Both the position numbers and the translations under genes were made by a program. The notes beneath the pieces are model-generated. The model saw only the letters and a program-made list of their open reading frames with translations. It searched no databases and was not told the origin of the DNA. DNA of 64,000 nucleotides, taken from contig CDRNVI010000005.1 in NCBI GenBank assembly GCA_977017575.1, positions 1-64,000 on the forward strand. The letters run 5' to 3'. Within the stretch, counting starts at the first letter, position 1; every line of letters begins with the position of its first letter. The DNA comes from Paramoeba atlantica (taxonomy: Eukaryota; Protista; Discosea). Below, piece after piece: positions 21,172 to 32,713 of the stretch.

Positions 21172-24100
21172 AATCATCATCATCATAGTCACTTGAACAC
21201 GGAATGAATAATGATATACATGAACATTCTCACAGTATATTATATACACTTCTTTTTTGTATCTACTCTCTCATTTGTAAACATGTTACCAAGGTTTTTG
21301 TTTTTAAAGTCAAATTCTAGAGGCCCATGTTTTGTGAATCGTCATTAGATAAATAATTTCTCAGCTGAGAGAATACAATCGACCCATTTAACTCCTGCAG
21401 GCGCAGCGAAAATTCGTTCAGTGTTCGGACCCTATCAAGTCCGCTGCAGTCCGCCAACGTATGCAACAAGTGCCGGAGCCCGTGATGCATAGCACCACCG
21501 GAGAGGACTGGGAGGCATACGAAACGCTCTTGAGGTATCATCCCGGAAGCCACGTATGTGCTGTGCTTGCGCGTAATGGCCTCTCTCATCAAGGTACCGC
21601 TACGTTTCCGTACATTAGTGGGCGCCAGCTCGTGAATTATTGTTAGGTCATAAAAGATTTCCCCAGTTGCCCAATGTATTACAATGTCAGGTCCTGACCG
21701 ATGGAGGCTCGCATTTCTACAAACTTTTTGATGATCACTTTTTCGCCATTGTGGGAACGATTCCCCGCATGTAGAGCATTTATAAGAAGTAAACTGTCGA
21801 GGTTCCCTTTCGCATGGCACACCCGCCTTCATGCACAGTTCATAGATAATACGCACCAGATTATTATGTTTCATTGTTGTATTATTTCCGGAACACTGGA
21901 CGCATCCAGCTATGTGCGAAAAGGCTGATGAAGAATCCAGAAGGGTGCGGCATCCTGGGCATTGCAGACTTTCGGGAATACGGGGGTGGCTTAGACCAAG
22001 ACGGCATCAAAGCTAATGTGAAGAATTTGGAAGGCACTAACTTTGCCGTAGAATGAAGCCACGCGGAGTTCACTTTTTCACTTGCTGCTCTCAGCACTGG
22101 TGCAATTTTCGGGTCCTTACTCAACGATTCTTTAATGGCTCTGTTAAGCTTTGCTTCAGTTACAAATTCATCGTGGGGAGGGGTTATCTGACCTTCATTT
22201 CCCACCGGCGATGGAGACGTGAGACTGGGTGCTCGAACTGAATAGGAATTAAGTCGTTCAAGAGTACTGTGCCTTGATGCTTCATACGCCGATTTTCGCA
22301 AGAGATCAGTGGGCGTTAACCCCAATCCTCCGCTCTTCACAGGTAGACGCGCCCAAGCAATTTGCTTTGGTGTCATCGATCCAAACCATGCAGTAAGAAC
22401 TTCTTGCACTTGCTTGTCAAAAGATTTTGCCATTTCAAAAGTTTCTTCCGGTCGATGCACCCTTATATGGTATCGATGTCGTACATTAACACATCGCGAC
22501 AGGAGGAGAAGCGAAACGTTGTTTGCTCCCATGTCACAAAGCCGCCGAAAATCGTTAGATGCTTTTCAAGCTTGGCAAGAAGCAGCTCACTGACTCGGGC
22601 TGCTTCCCCTACGTAGGCTCCTAATGTTTTGACTGCCTTCTCCGCTATCTGAACGCCTTCATTCGCTAGACTTTCGGGTAGGCGAATATTGTTCAGACCG
22701 CTAAACCATACACACTTTTGAGGGGCAAGGCAGATTTCTTTGCTTAGAAGAAGTTCTTTGAGGCGAACATAGGCAGCTGCAACAAGATCTTCCTCAGTTG
22801 ACGCAATATTGATATCATCAACATAAGCGTATATATGTAGCATGGGAAATTCTTGTGCAATTGTCTCCAGTATTGGCTGAAGAAAGGAGCAGAAGTATAG
22901 AGTCGACAACGGCGACCCTTGGCGAACTCCAGCCGAACTTTCAACTGTTGAAAACAGTTCCCCGTTCTTTCCGTAAAAGAGGAGTTCAGACGCTGTCCCA
23001 TATTCGGCAACAAATAGTCGCTGAAAAGGCCGAAGGGCGCTCAAAGCAAAAATTGCTTTTGCAATCTCGCCGCGTGAAGGGCTATTAAAAGCGTTCTTCA
23101 TATCCAACGAGAGGATAGCACACCCTTCCATATATCGTCGATTGAGTTCGTGAACAATAGTCTCGCAGCCAGCGCGACTCATTACCCCATGCTGCATCGG
23201 CAGGAAAAGCTTTTCAAATTTATGTTCGTTACGCAGAAGAAGGATTAGTCCAGCCAACTTGAGAAAAATTTCTCCCATTGCCACCGGTCGAACGGCATGA
23301 GCTGTTTTAGGGAGTGCAACTAAGCGTGCTCTCCGCAGTCTGCGCATTACATCCTTGGACAGCATTCCGTTAATTAAATCGCACATCATGTGGCTTAGAC
23401 TCGTGCAACAGATCTCATCGTCCAAGAGCAGACGAATGATGGCCTCTGTGGTACCGGATGGACCTGGGGCGGCGCCTTTTGCGAGTCTCTTTCCTGCTTC
23501 TCGGAGTTCATGGGGCGGGATACATGCTACCTTCGGGGCGTCGGTGGGAAGCTCAAAAGAAATCGGTAAAGATGGGTGTAGTTTTTGTAATTGAGACAAT
23601 TTTTCTTCATCCCCTAATGATGTTTCGGTGATGTCTTGATCTAACACGCGCGTCGCTTTCTTAATCGCTCCTTCCAAAACCAGTCGTGTCGCTTTTTTGC
23701 CTGCTCTCAGATCTTTAGCCTTTTTCTCCACTTCACTGTTTCCTGCGTTCGTCTCCTGAGTTTGAATTGGGCGGCGACGACGCTTTTTTCCAATGAGATG
23801 GCGCACTGTAGCTAACGAATGTTTCATTGCCGACATGGTTCTGTGCCAGATTTGATTTCGTTGGTCGTAAGAAGAATCTGCGTAATCCCGCATTATGTCA
23901 CGATAGATAGAGACAACACAGGGCACAAACTCTGCACTGACAGTCCGCATGGTTGGCATTGGATCGAAATCCAAGTCTGCTTCCGTATGAGAAAATCCTT
24001 GATTACTTGGAATTCCTTTAGCGTCCACATCAATGCTGCTTTTTGAATCCTTTCGATTTAGCCATTGTATTGAATAAACTCTCACATTAGAGTTTGGAGG

Positions 24101-25204
24101 AATGAACCCACGAAATTGCTCGCCGCATTTGTACCCTTCTATACCTTCGTACTGGAGAGACATCCGTCCGATTCCGGAACGCTTCTTAACTGACTTAACC
24201 ACACCTTTCGATATATTCATCTGCGAGGAATCGCTGAAGCACCATGCCATCAAGCACGAGTCCCCTTGTTTCGCCGTTTTTGATGAATCCCAGATGGTAT
24301 CCGGTGCCAGTGGAAACTGCTCCGTTGGGTTTATCGACTTATTCAACTTCTCTATCATCTCGGCCTCCTTGGCAACTTCTATGACAGACTCTGTTTCAGC
24401 AGGAAGTTCAAAGTTCGGCATCGTGATATTGTTTTCGTCAACTACCTCGTGCAGTGTCGTAGACCCGTCAACCCTTCCCGTGCTCAATGGGGTGTCCTCA
24501 GGAGTTAAACAGTCGGCGTATGTCTGACATTCGACATCTGCGTCCTGCGTCGGCTGTTCGGCTGAAGTTTCATCATTCGTCGCAGTGATCGACTCAGTCG
24601 TCGTAGTGCCTGGCCAAACGACGCTTGCCTGAGACTCGGTATTGACGTCCTGCATCCCTAACGTTTGTTCCGCTGAAGATTCTGTATTTATCGTAGTGAT
24701 CGGGAGGCAATCTAACTTTGATATCGTTCTTCTTTCTTTTCCTCGAGCGGTTTCTGCAATTTGGCGTTCCCTTGTCTCACGCTCCTCGGCTGTAGGAACA
24801 CCGTGCAGTGTCAGCAGCCCATTCCACAGTCTTTCCGACCACTCCAGCAACCTTACCGAGTGTTTGAAGACGCGAAGATGGTTCAGAGTGGGGAACTTCA
24901 TTACTTGAGCTTATCGTTGTGTGATTTTCTTGTCGCTGTTTTCCAATGATCACTTTTATGCGAGGTTTGCGTGAGGGGATTGCCGTTGTTGTTGTTGTTG
25001 GGTCCGGGCCGTTTGTCTCCGAAGAGATGTGGCCTCCTCACTTTCCGCGTAAGTAGCGGTGCGGGTGCTCCACGCGGGGAGTAAATCTACAGTGCGAGAG
25101 CCTAGGCTCAACCGCAGCATGTAGACACCCGACTTGCCTCCTCCGGGAGAATGAGGTGTCATGCCCTAGTTGTTTAGTGTCTTGGTATCTTGATACCGGG
25201 CGAC
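21172..25204 (-). mobile_element. Near full-length RLE-type non-LTR retrotransposon (family A), frameshifted
   Basis: ORF 22463..24901 (APGP, RPVAMGE, DMKNAFN, GVRQGSPL, AYVDD) continues in 21882..22532 and 21317..21874 (CCHC finger, GPDIVI..YDLT endonuclease); hairpin copy at 25158-25204 in the 5' region. Confidence 0.92.
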
Positions 25205-25280
25205 CCATGCAAAGCGCGTGGCGATGGGGGTGTTGGCGAGGGCGGCGCACCGGGGCGAAAAGGGAGGCCAATTTATGGTA

Positions 25281-25737
25281 TTAACGTAAATGAGAGCCCT
25301 CGCCTAATTTCATAACGTAAACTTTTAGGCAACAAGGTACAGGGGTAGAGGGGATTGCCGTGGTCACTGAGTCTTCGCACTGCCTACGTGACGTTTCAGC
25401 TGCTTTCTCTTTTGTTTTCTTTTCTTCCTCTGCGCGTGCGTCCAACTGCTTTTTCAACTCACTGAATGACATGCGAAAATTTCTTTCTGTATCATCTTTT
25501 CCGGTCGGCAGCGGGAGTAGACTGGGGAACCTAAGCTCTATTGCGTTTTCGGCCGACGAGGAATCTGCTGCAGGGGACTTCGTCGCCGGAGGGGACGATA
25601 GCGATGGCGGTACTGCTGATTGCGCCTGCGACAGATAAGGTTCTTGTTGTTGTTGTTTAACCCGTTTGGCCATGACTGGCTATGGGTTCAGAGTACACCC
25701 TAGTTATTTAGTGCTCGTGTGAAACGGCACCGGGTAT
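25281..25737 (-). mobile_element. 5' end of a family-A element: hairpin (25695-25737) plus ORF start MAKRVKQQQQ, truncated
   Basis: SFSELKKQLDARAEEEKK matches SFNELKKQIEARQEEERK in ORF 49454..51052. Confidence 0.7.
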
Positions 25738-26057
25738 TACCGTACTCCGTGGGTGGTACGCTGTCAGTCGCGCGCAGACTTTCCCAGTGGGATGCCGCAC
25801 TCGCAGATAGACAAGCAATACCTGTCAGGTTGCGTGGTCTGGCTTGTCATCCGTGACTTCAATGCCCGATGGATTCGCATCCTGGGGCAAAGAAGTAGTG
25901 GAACAGTCGTTATATTCTGTTCCACCACCAGGGATGACTCACGCTAGGGTGTGTGGAGCTTGCGAGGCTCTCTCACCAGCGGGGCTCACAATGGAGCTCG
26001 ACCAGTGCCCTTCACAATTTAAATTTTTGCATATGGAGACTACCCTAGTTTCTTAGC

Positions 26058-26790
26058 GAAATCAACGTCTTCTCTCCCCTGCATCATAATGAAAGTAAAC
26101 CATGTTAAAACCAATTTTCCTAGTAATATATCGCTTCAATGAAAGTTTCAGTCCAATCATCCCGACCATTTTTTGTTTCCAATAAACTATATCTATCTGA
26201 CGAATTATCAAGGTACCTGGCCAATATAATAAAAACAATCACAGAAACCCAGTCAACAACTCCTCAAACTTACGAACGGGCATCCCGTCCACCAACTCCG
26301 CGAAATGGTTGGGGGTTGGTGGGTGGGCGCAATTTGAAAAGGGTAAAAGAAGGAGTGTCGCTATACACAAAAACAATATATATTACTTCATCCCGAGTAC
26401 TACTAAATTATAAATCTCATTACATCTAACAACGGGTGCCCCTTTCGGGGCCACAATCTGTAAAAACAAATCATAATATAAATATTATGTGCCCCGAAGG
26501 GCCATTATGTCAATCATCCTAAATTTCTAAACGTATACTTCTAGAAATCAACGTCTTCTCTCCCCTGCATCATAATGAAAGTAAACCATGTTAAAACCAA
26601 TTTTCCTAGTAATATATCGCTTCAATGAAAGTTTCAGTCCAATCATCCCGACTGTTTTTAGTTTCCAATAAGCTATATCTATCTGACGAATTATCAAGGT
26701 ACCTGGCCAATATAATAAAAACAATCACAGAAACCCAGTCAACAACTCCTCAAACTTACGAACGGGCATCCCGTCCACCAACTCCGCGAA
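26058..26790. repeat. 247-bp direct duplication (26058-26304 / 26544-26790) of a dispersed non-coding repeat
   Basis: Read directly; related reverse-complement copies at ~57100-57296, ~58110-58320 and ~58694-58755. Confidence 0.9.
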
Positions 26791-27025
26791 CCAACCCGTT
26801 CGCCCGTAATCCAAACTCCCGCGCGCACGTGTTTGTAGCAAATGGTGGCGGCCAATTACTAAAAACTCGTAACGTTTTTCAAGAATTCCTACCGCGTAAT
26901 GAAATTGAATAGTATATATTTTCTATATAGCTAATTTTTTTATTTTTTTTTGATTCTATATAATGAGTTTTACTAATTAATGGTACATTCATACCTATGC
27001 GAGTTTCCATACATGTATGTATACA

Positions 27026-27790
27026 TGCTTATCCGGTGCGGCTGATAGGGTCCGCTGGGTTTTCGGCAGATCTCACATAACGTGCCATGATACATACGCC
27101 AAGGTTCTGATTTGTCTTCAACACACGCTTGAGCTCTCCGGCAATACTGTCGGATTTCGCGATCTTGCGGTTGAATGCTGCTTGGCAAGAGGTGTTGTCA
27201 ATAAACTAATCAACACAGGTTCCTTTTTGAAAGTGGTGTGTCAGTTTTTCAAACGCAAGTCGAACGGCCATCGCCTCAGCGTGATTCACTTCGTATTTGA
27301 ACTCAGGTTGCCATTTATCGCCAACAATAATCACTTGTCCGTCGTCCCGGTAAAGAACCGCGCCCCATCCTTTAGCTGACGCATCTGTGTACAGTCGGTG
27401 TTTATGCGGGACAACGTCAGGATGCGGAGGTGGTGATATAGGCTCATTTACCAAAATGATATCACGCCAATTCGCGAGAATCGATCGGGTGGCTGTCGGA
27501 AGAGGAACCGGTTGATGTGCGAGTTCGGGGCATCGGTTTAACTCATTGATACGTCGTCTAACAATCTTTAAGGGGAAATGATAGTCTGGAATAATATGAC
27601 CCAAGACCGCTGCTGCATAGAGGAGGAGCCCCACCGCCGTCTCCAATTGAGAGTACGTAATATTACGAAACCGATCTCGTGACATTTTCCGTATAACCCT
27701 AGGCCCCAGGTTGACCTTATGGGTTACGTGATTATAGAAGACGCCGTTAAAAACATATTCAGTGGAGGGGTCAAAACCAGCCTCCTTGAA
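27026..27790 (-). pseudogene. YR-retroelement RT C-terminus/RNase H fragment, close to the 51.8-kb element
   Basis: LYTDASAKGWG, YEVNHAEAMAV, ENPADP; premature TAG at 27206. Confidence 0.9.
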
Positions 27791-27952
27791 CAAACCACGG
27801 CGGGGAGCGCGGCGGCGGCGACGCATGGGGTAGCTCAAGCTCCCTCCCCAAGAGGGGGGGCGAAACAGGTCGCGGGAAGGGCGACGCAGCAGGGTGGAGG
27901 GGACGGCGAAGGGGGCGGCGCTAGGGGGTGAAGTGGGCGGCGGAAGGGGGGC

Positions 27953-28480
27953 TTAATTTCCCCAGGGGTGAAGGGGTGCATGGGGGAAATTGATGGGGGT
28001 GCATGGGGGAAATTCAACAAGGTGTGCTGTGTGATCCTCCGTATCTCCAGATGCAGCGGCTATTCCATCGTCAAATGGCGGAGACCCGAGAGATCGACCG
28101 GGCTCCCCTCCTGTTTCCGGAATTTGCACGTCTACAGAATTCAATGCTGCACCGGACATGGCGCTTGATGCCGTTCTTATAGCATCAGCTGCGACAGCGC
28201 ACGTTCTTTTGGCAAGTGGCACTGTAGGAGTTTGTATTCTCGACCGATAAGGTGTGGATGCGCAATGCAGTGAAGGCGATGAAGGCCGCAGGCCGGGCGA
28301 TGGTTGCGAGCGTAGTGCAGAGGAGGATGGTTCAGGTTGCGGTGATTTCTCTGATGTTGGCGGCGGAGGCGGCGGAGATCGCACCTCGGTTGCTTTCTTC
28401 TTTCGCCGGGTGGAGGGGAGAGGCAAAATTTCGGGAGATACTCCCGATTCCTTCGCCTTAGAGCGGGTGACCACTCCCAT
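27953..28480 (-). pseudogene. N-terminal fragment of a non-LTR ORF (MGVVTRSKAK...) preceded by SL 3'-end relics
   Basis: Similar to MGMLTRAKAKETGV at 49535; TTGTTGACTTGTTG upstream at ~28510-28530. Confidence 0.6.
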
Positions 28481-28804
28481 GGGAAAGTAAGAATAAAGGG
28501 GATATAAAACAAAAAGTCAACAAGTCAACAATGAAATATACTTGAAATATACTTGTATTCCCCATGTGCCCCTTCACCCCTATCCTTGGAGACCTTCTCG
28601 TTTTTTTTTAAACTATCCAGGGTGTCATAGAAGGAGGTTTTCTTGACCTTTCTTTTGTTAAGGGGGGTGGACTTTATAAGCTTTTTCCTATATGGGTATC
28701 TATAGATATTATGTATATAATAATACATATTGGCATTGAACAAACGAAACTATGTTGATACGTTTGGCTCAAATGCTGTACCTATTCGCGTAAGGAAAGT
28801 TGCT

Positions 28805-29020
28805 ATGACTTCATCGACGCGTTCTTTACGGAATTTACGGAGTGTGTCACCCGGTGCAGACGAGCTCGCGCCTACCGAGCCGCTGCCTGCACAGGCTTTG
28901 AATCAACTATGTACGGTTGTGAGAGAAAAGTTACTTGTTGCTCAAGGTGAAAGACCAAGTGTAAGAGTTCGTGCGGTATTTCGCAGGAAGGATGAACCGA
29001 ACGAGCCCACACAGATGCTG
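28805..29020 (+). pseudogene. Gag N-terminal fragment of the 42.1-kb YR family
   Basis: PTEPL.Q.L...CTV.RE.L...PSV.V.A.FRRKD shared with ORF 42164. Confidence 0.85.
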
Positions 29021-29398
29021 TTAAATTGTGAAGGGCACTGGTCGAGCTCCATTGTGAGCCCCGCTGGTGAGAGAGCCTCGCAAGCTCCACACACCCTAGC
29101 GTGAGTCATCCCTGGTGGTGGAACAGAATATAACGACTGTTCCACTACTTCTTTGCCCCAGGATGCGAATCCATCGGGCATTGAAGTCACGGATGACAAG
29201 TCAGACCACGCAACCTGACAGGTATTGCTTGTCTATCTGCGAGTGCGGCATCCCACTGGGAAAGTCTGCGCGCGACTGACAGCGTACCACCCACGGAGTA
29301 CGGTAATACCCGGTGCCGTTTCACACGAGCACTAAATAACTAGGGTGTACTCTGAACCCATAGCCAGTCATGGCCAAACGGGTTAAACAACAACAACA
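29021..29398 (+). repeat. Inverted duplicate of 25645..26022 (family-A 5' UTR with hairpin at 29306-29348 and ATG at 29370)
   Basis: Near-identical reverse complement. Confidence 0.9.
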
Positions 29399-29399
29399 A

Positions 29400-32300
29400 A
29401 TGCTGTACCTACTGCTGCCTTCCGGGGATAAGTGGTTCCGCAACTGGGCGTACACTTCCGTCCCATTCAGTTCCTGAAGTAGGAGCTTGAACTCCATTTC
29501 AGTTGCTCGACAATTTAAGAGAGTCGCGTCGGATAGGACATGCAACAGAGATCTCGTATTTTGATGAAGAGAGCCGCAGGACAGCACTGGGATGCACTGA
29601 AATGCGAAGTCGGGAATTTTTCCGGATGTCACATACGTATCCCGTTTCCGCTTGATTGCATCTTTTTTTTTTGCTTAATGTATTAGGGATTTATGCGCAG
29701 CTAAAGAAATACTTAGACGGCTGCACGCAAACTCAAGAATATAGTATATAAATTCAAACACAAATTCACGATAAGCTGAGTCAGCTTGTAAAATACATAG
29801 AATATCATTTTTGGGATAGTTTTTTTTTTTGGTGGTCCAAAATTTTCGAGTTGCAAAGTAGAGCAAAAGCTTTATTAACTTTTGCAAAAAGTTTTAACAT
29901 ATGGAAATTGTTTCTAATGTTATATACAAATCAAGTCATAGAAGACCTAAGGAGTATACCCAGTCAAAAGTTAATAAAAACAAAGGTCTTAATAAAAGCA
30001 AAGATCATCTAATCCATCCGGTTTTAGGTTGTAGTTTGTTTGCTCGTTGCTTTTTTTTGGAGGTTTTATTCACAGATTTTTAGGGAATAATTTACCGCAT
30101 GATTGTTTTCGACTTTAGGCGTTGTTGTTGGAATTGACGTGGACTTGCGCATATATATATACCATATGTATATTGCATAAAAACGAATCTCTCACTATTA
30201 TTATTTTGCGGTATGTTCTTTTAGTTGCAACTTTACGCAGAGAAAATAAGCGGTCTTGACACGGGTTCTTTTTGCGAACTTTATTTTTGCATCAGTAAGA
30301 ATTTCGCCTTGGAGCGGGTGACCATATTATTATTGCATATTATTATTATTGCATCAGTAAGAATTTCGCCTTGGAGCGGGTGACCACTCCCATAGAAATG
30401 TAGAAAGTAAAAAAATCAACAACGCATTCTCGTTCGCGACTCGCTTTGCCGCCCTATTACGCCTCCTCCTCCACCCTCTTTGCCGCCCCCTCCTCCGCCT
30501 CCCTTTGTGCTGCGCAGGAATTCGATAAGGAGATCCGGCAGGTCTTAGTGAAATGGTGTGACGCTGACGAATTTTTTTATCTTTTTTTTTATTTTTTTAT
30601 CATGTGCCCCGTAGGGCCACGGTCAGATCTCATACAGAATCAAAAGTATCTTCTTTGATCAATTCTTTCCGTAAACTATAATAAGCTAATACTTTTATTT
30701 TTTTTCTGATGATTAGAGACTAATTTTCTGCGTCTGCCGATTTGACAAATAGCTAGGCATCTGGGCATAGACTTCGTTTCCATTTAAGTCTTGAAGAATC
30801 AATTTGAATTCCATTTCCACTCTCCCTCGATCCAGCATCCGCCAACGCGTGAAGTACGAACCTTGTGTTTTGGTGGAGAGATCCGCAAGAAAGCACAGGT
30901 AGACACTGGAGGGCGTAATCAGGAATCATTCCAGTGGCGACGTACGTTTCATTCTTGCGTGCGATGACATCTTGCAGAAGTTTCGTGCAAGTCTTGTTTT
31001 GGTTGGATGATGATAATTCATGGACTACCGATAGGTCATAGAAAATTTCTCCCGTGTTCCAGAATACCACCAGATCAGGCCCCAAACGATAATATTGCCC
31101 TCTGCCCTCCCTCTTCGCCGCTCTCCTGGCGGTCTTGCTCACCGTGCTCCTCCCCCGCATCCTCGCTGCCCTCCTTGTCGCCATCTCTGCCGCCCTCATC
31201 ACTTCCCTTGTCGCTGTCGTCCTTTTTTTTTTCTATATGAATATATGGAGTATCATTCTTTTTTTTGGTATGTAAATTTCTTAGTTTTTCCTCCTTCCAC
31301 AAGCAATCAGCCCACCCCAAACTAGCAAACAATTTCCCCCCACGAAGCCGCCTCCCTGAAGAGAAATGCAGTGAAAAAGTGACACCCGGAAGGTAAAAAC
31401 ACCCGGGGGTTTTTCCTACCCCCCCACACTGTGCCCTACCCCCCACAATTAAATCCCAGCTCGTACCGGTTGAGCTCGCGAGTAGAAAACCCATTTCGCA
31501 TGAACATTACTCTTCAATTCCGTATCCATTAATAATCGCGTCGGGGGATGATGTAGGCAGCCGCAATACGAGCATACGACGTATGTATCCCGTTTCCGCT
31601 TGATTGCATCAGTAAGAAGCTGGGAACAAGATTTCGCTTGATTGGAGTTCGATAGCTCGTGCACCACAGTTAGATCGTAAAATATTTCCCCGGTTGACCA
31701 ATATATCACCAAATCAGGCCCTGAGCGAAACAGCTGACGTCCGGCACATGTTTTGTCATGAATCATTTTGTTGCTTGGAAACACTTTATTCTTGCAAATT
31801 CCGCATTGCCAAGTCGAAAAAGATCGCGGTTCTTTCTCGCATTGTATACCGGCCTTTTGTGCCAAATCGAAGATATACTTAACCAGCCGATTGTGCTTCA
31901 TTGTGGTATTAAGCCCTGTACATTGGACGCATCCGGGGATGTGCTGCAAAGCTGTTTTGTTGTCGAGTAACATACGACAGCCGGGGCACAGCAGCGATTT
32001 CGGGAGTCGAGGGTGAGGCATCCCAAGGCGTGTCATGATTGCAATCTGAAATGCACGCGTGGGTACAAATTTAGCATTAGACTGTAACCAGTCATAGCTT
32101 CCTTTCCGCTCTCAGATCTTTAGAACGGCAAAAGCTCTTATGAGCTACAAAACTTTGAAAACTCTCAATCCTACCTCTCCATCCAAATCTGCCAACCACT
32201 ATGACCTTGAACTTTGAAAAACCTTTAAAACCCGTAGTCCTCCCCACTGTTCTTGTGAGGAAGGTATTGCCGAAGCTGCGAGTGGGCAGCTGCCCCGTTT

Positions 32301-32480
32301 AACTCCTGTAGATACAATTTGAATTCTGAAATCACGGACATACGCGGAAGTTGGCCCCTATCCGCCAGCGTCTTGAGAAGATTTTCTGTATTGCGATGCA
32401 GCGCTCCACCGGAAAGCAAGGGAAGGCATTCAAATTTGTTTCCCGGTATTAAACCCGAATTGACGTACGTTACTTGCTTT
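29400..32480 (-). mobile_element. Series of non-LTR C-terminal (CCHC/RLE) fragments at ~29400-29660, ~30720-31085, ~31510-32220 and ~32225-32480
   Basis: GPDLV..W.TGEIFYDL, C.P.LS.G.LH.NT and KHNRLV motifs in ORFs 29321, 30753, 31449 and 32225. Confidence 0.85.
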
Positions 32481-32713
32481 CTAAAATTTTCATCATGGGC
32501 TGAAAAAGTACTACATGTTTTCGTACGTCCCACTTGGGGATTAGCATCCCACACGGGGACATACATTTTAATTTCGTCTGTTTTAGAAAATAGGATAAAC
32601 TAAACTCTTCAATTCTTGCAGAAGTGTAACTCATTAAATATTAGACTCATTCCATGTGCTATACGTTCTTCTATTTTCTTCTAATGGGCAAACTAGATGA
32701 GGGCTAAGTATGA

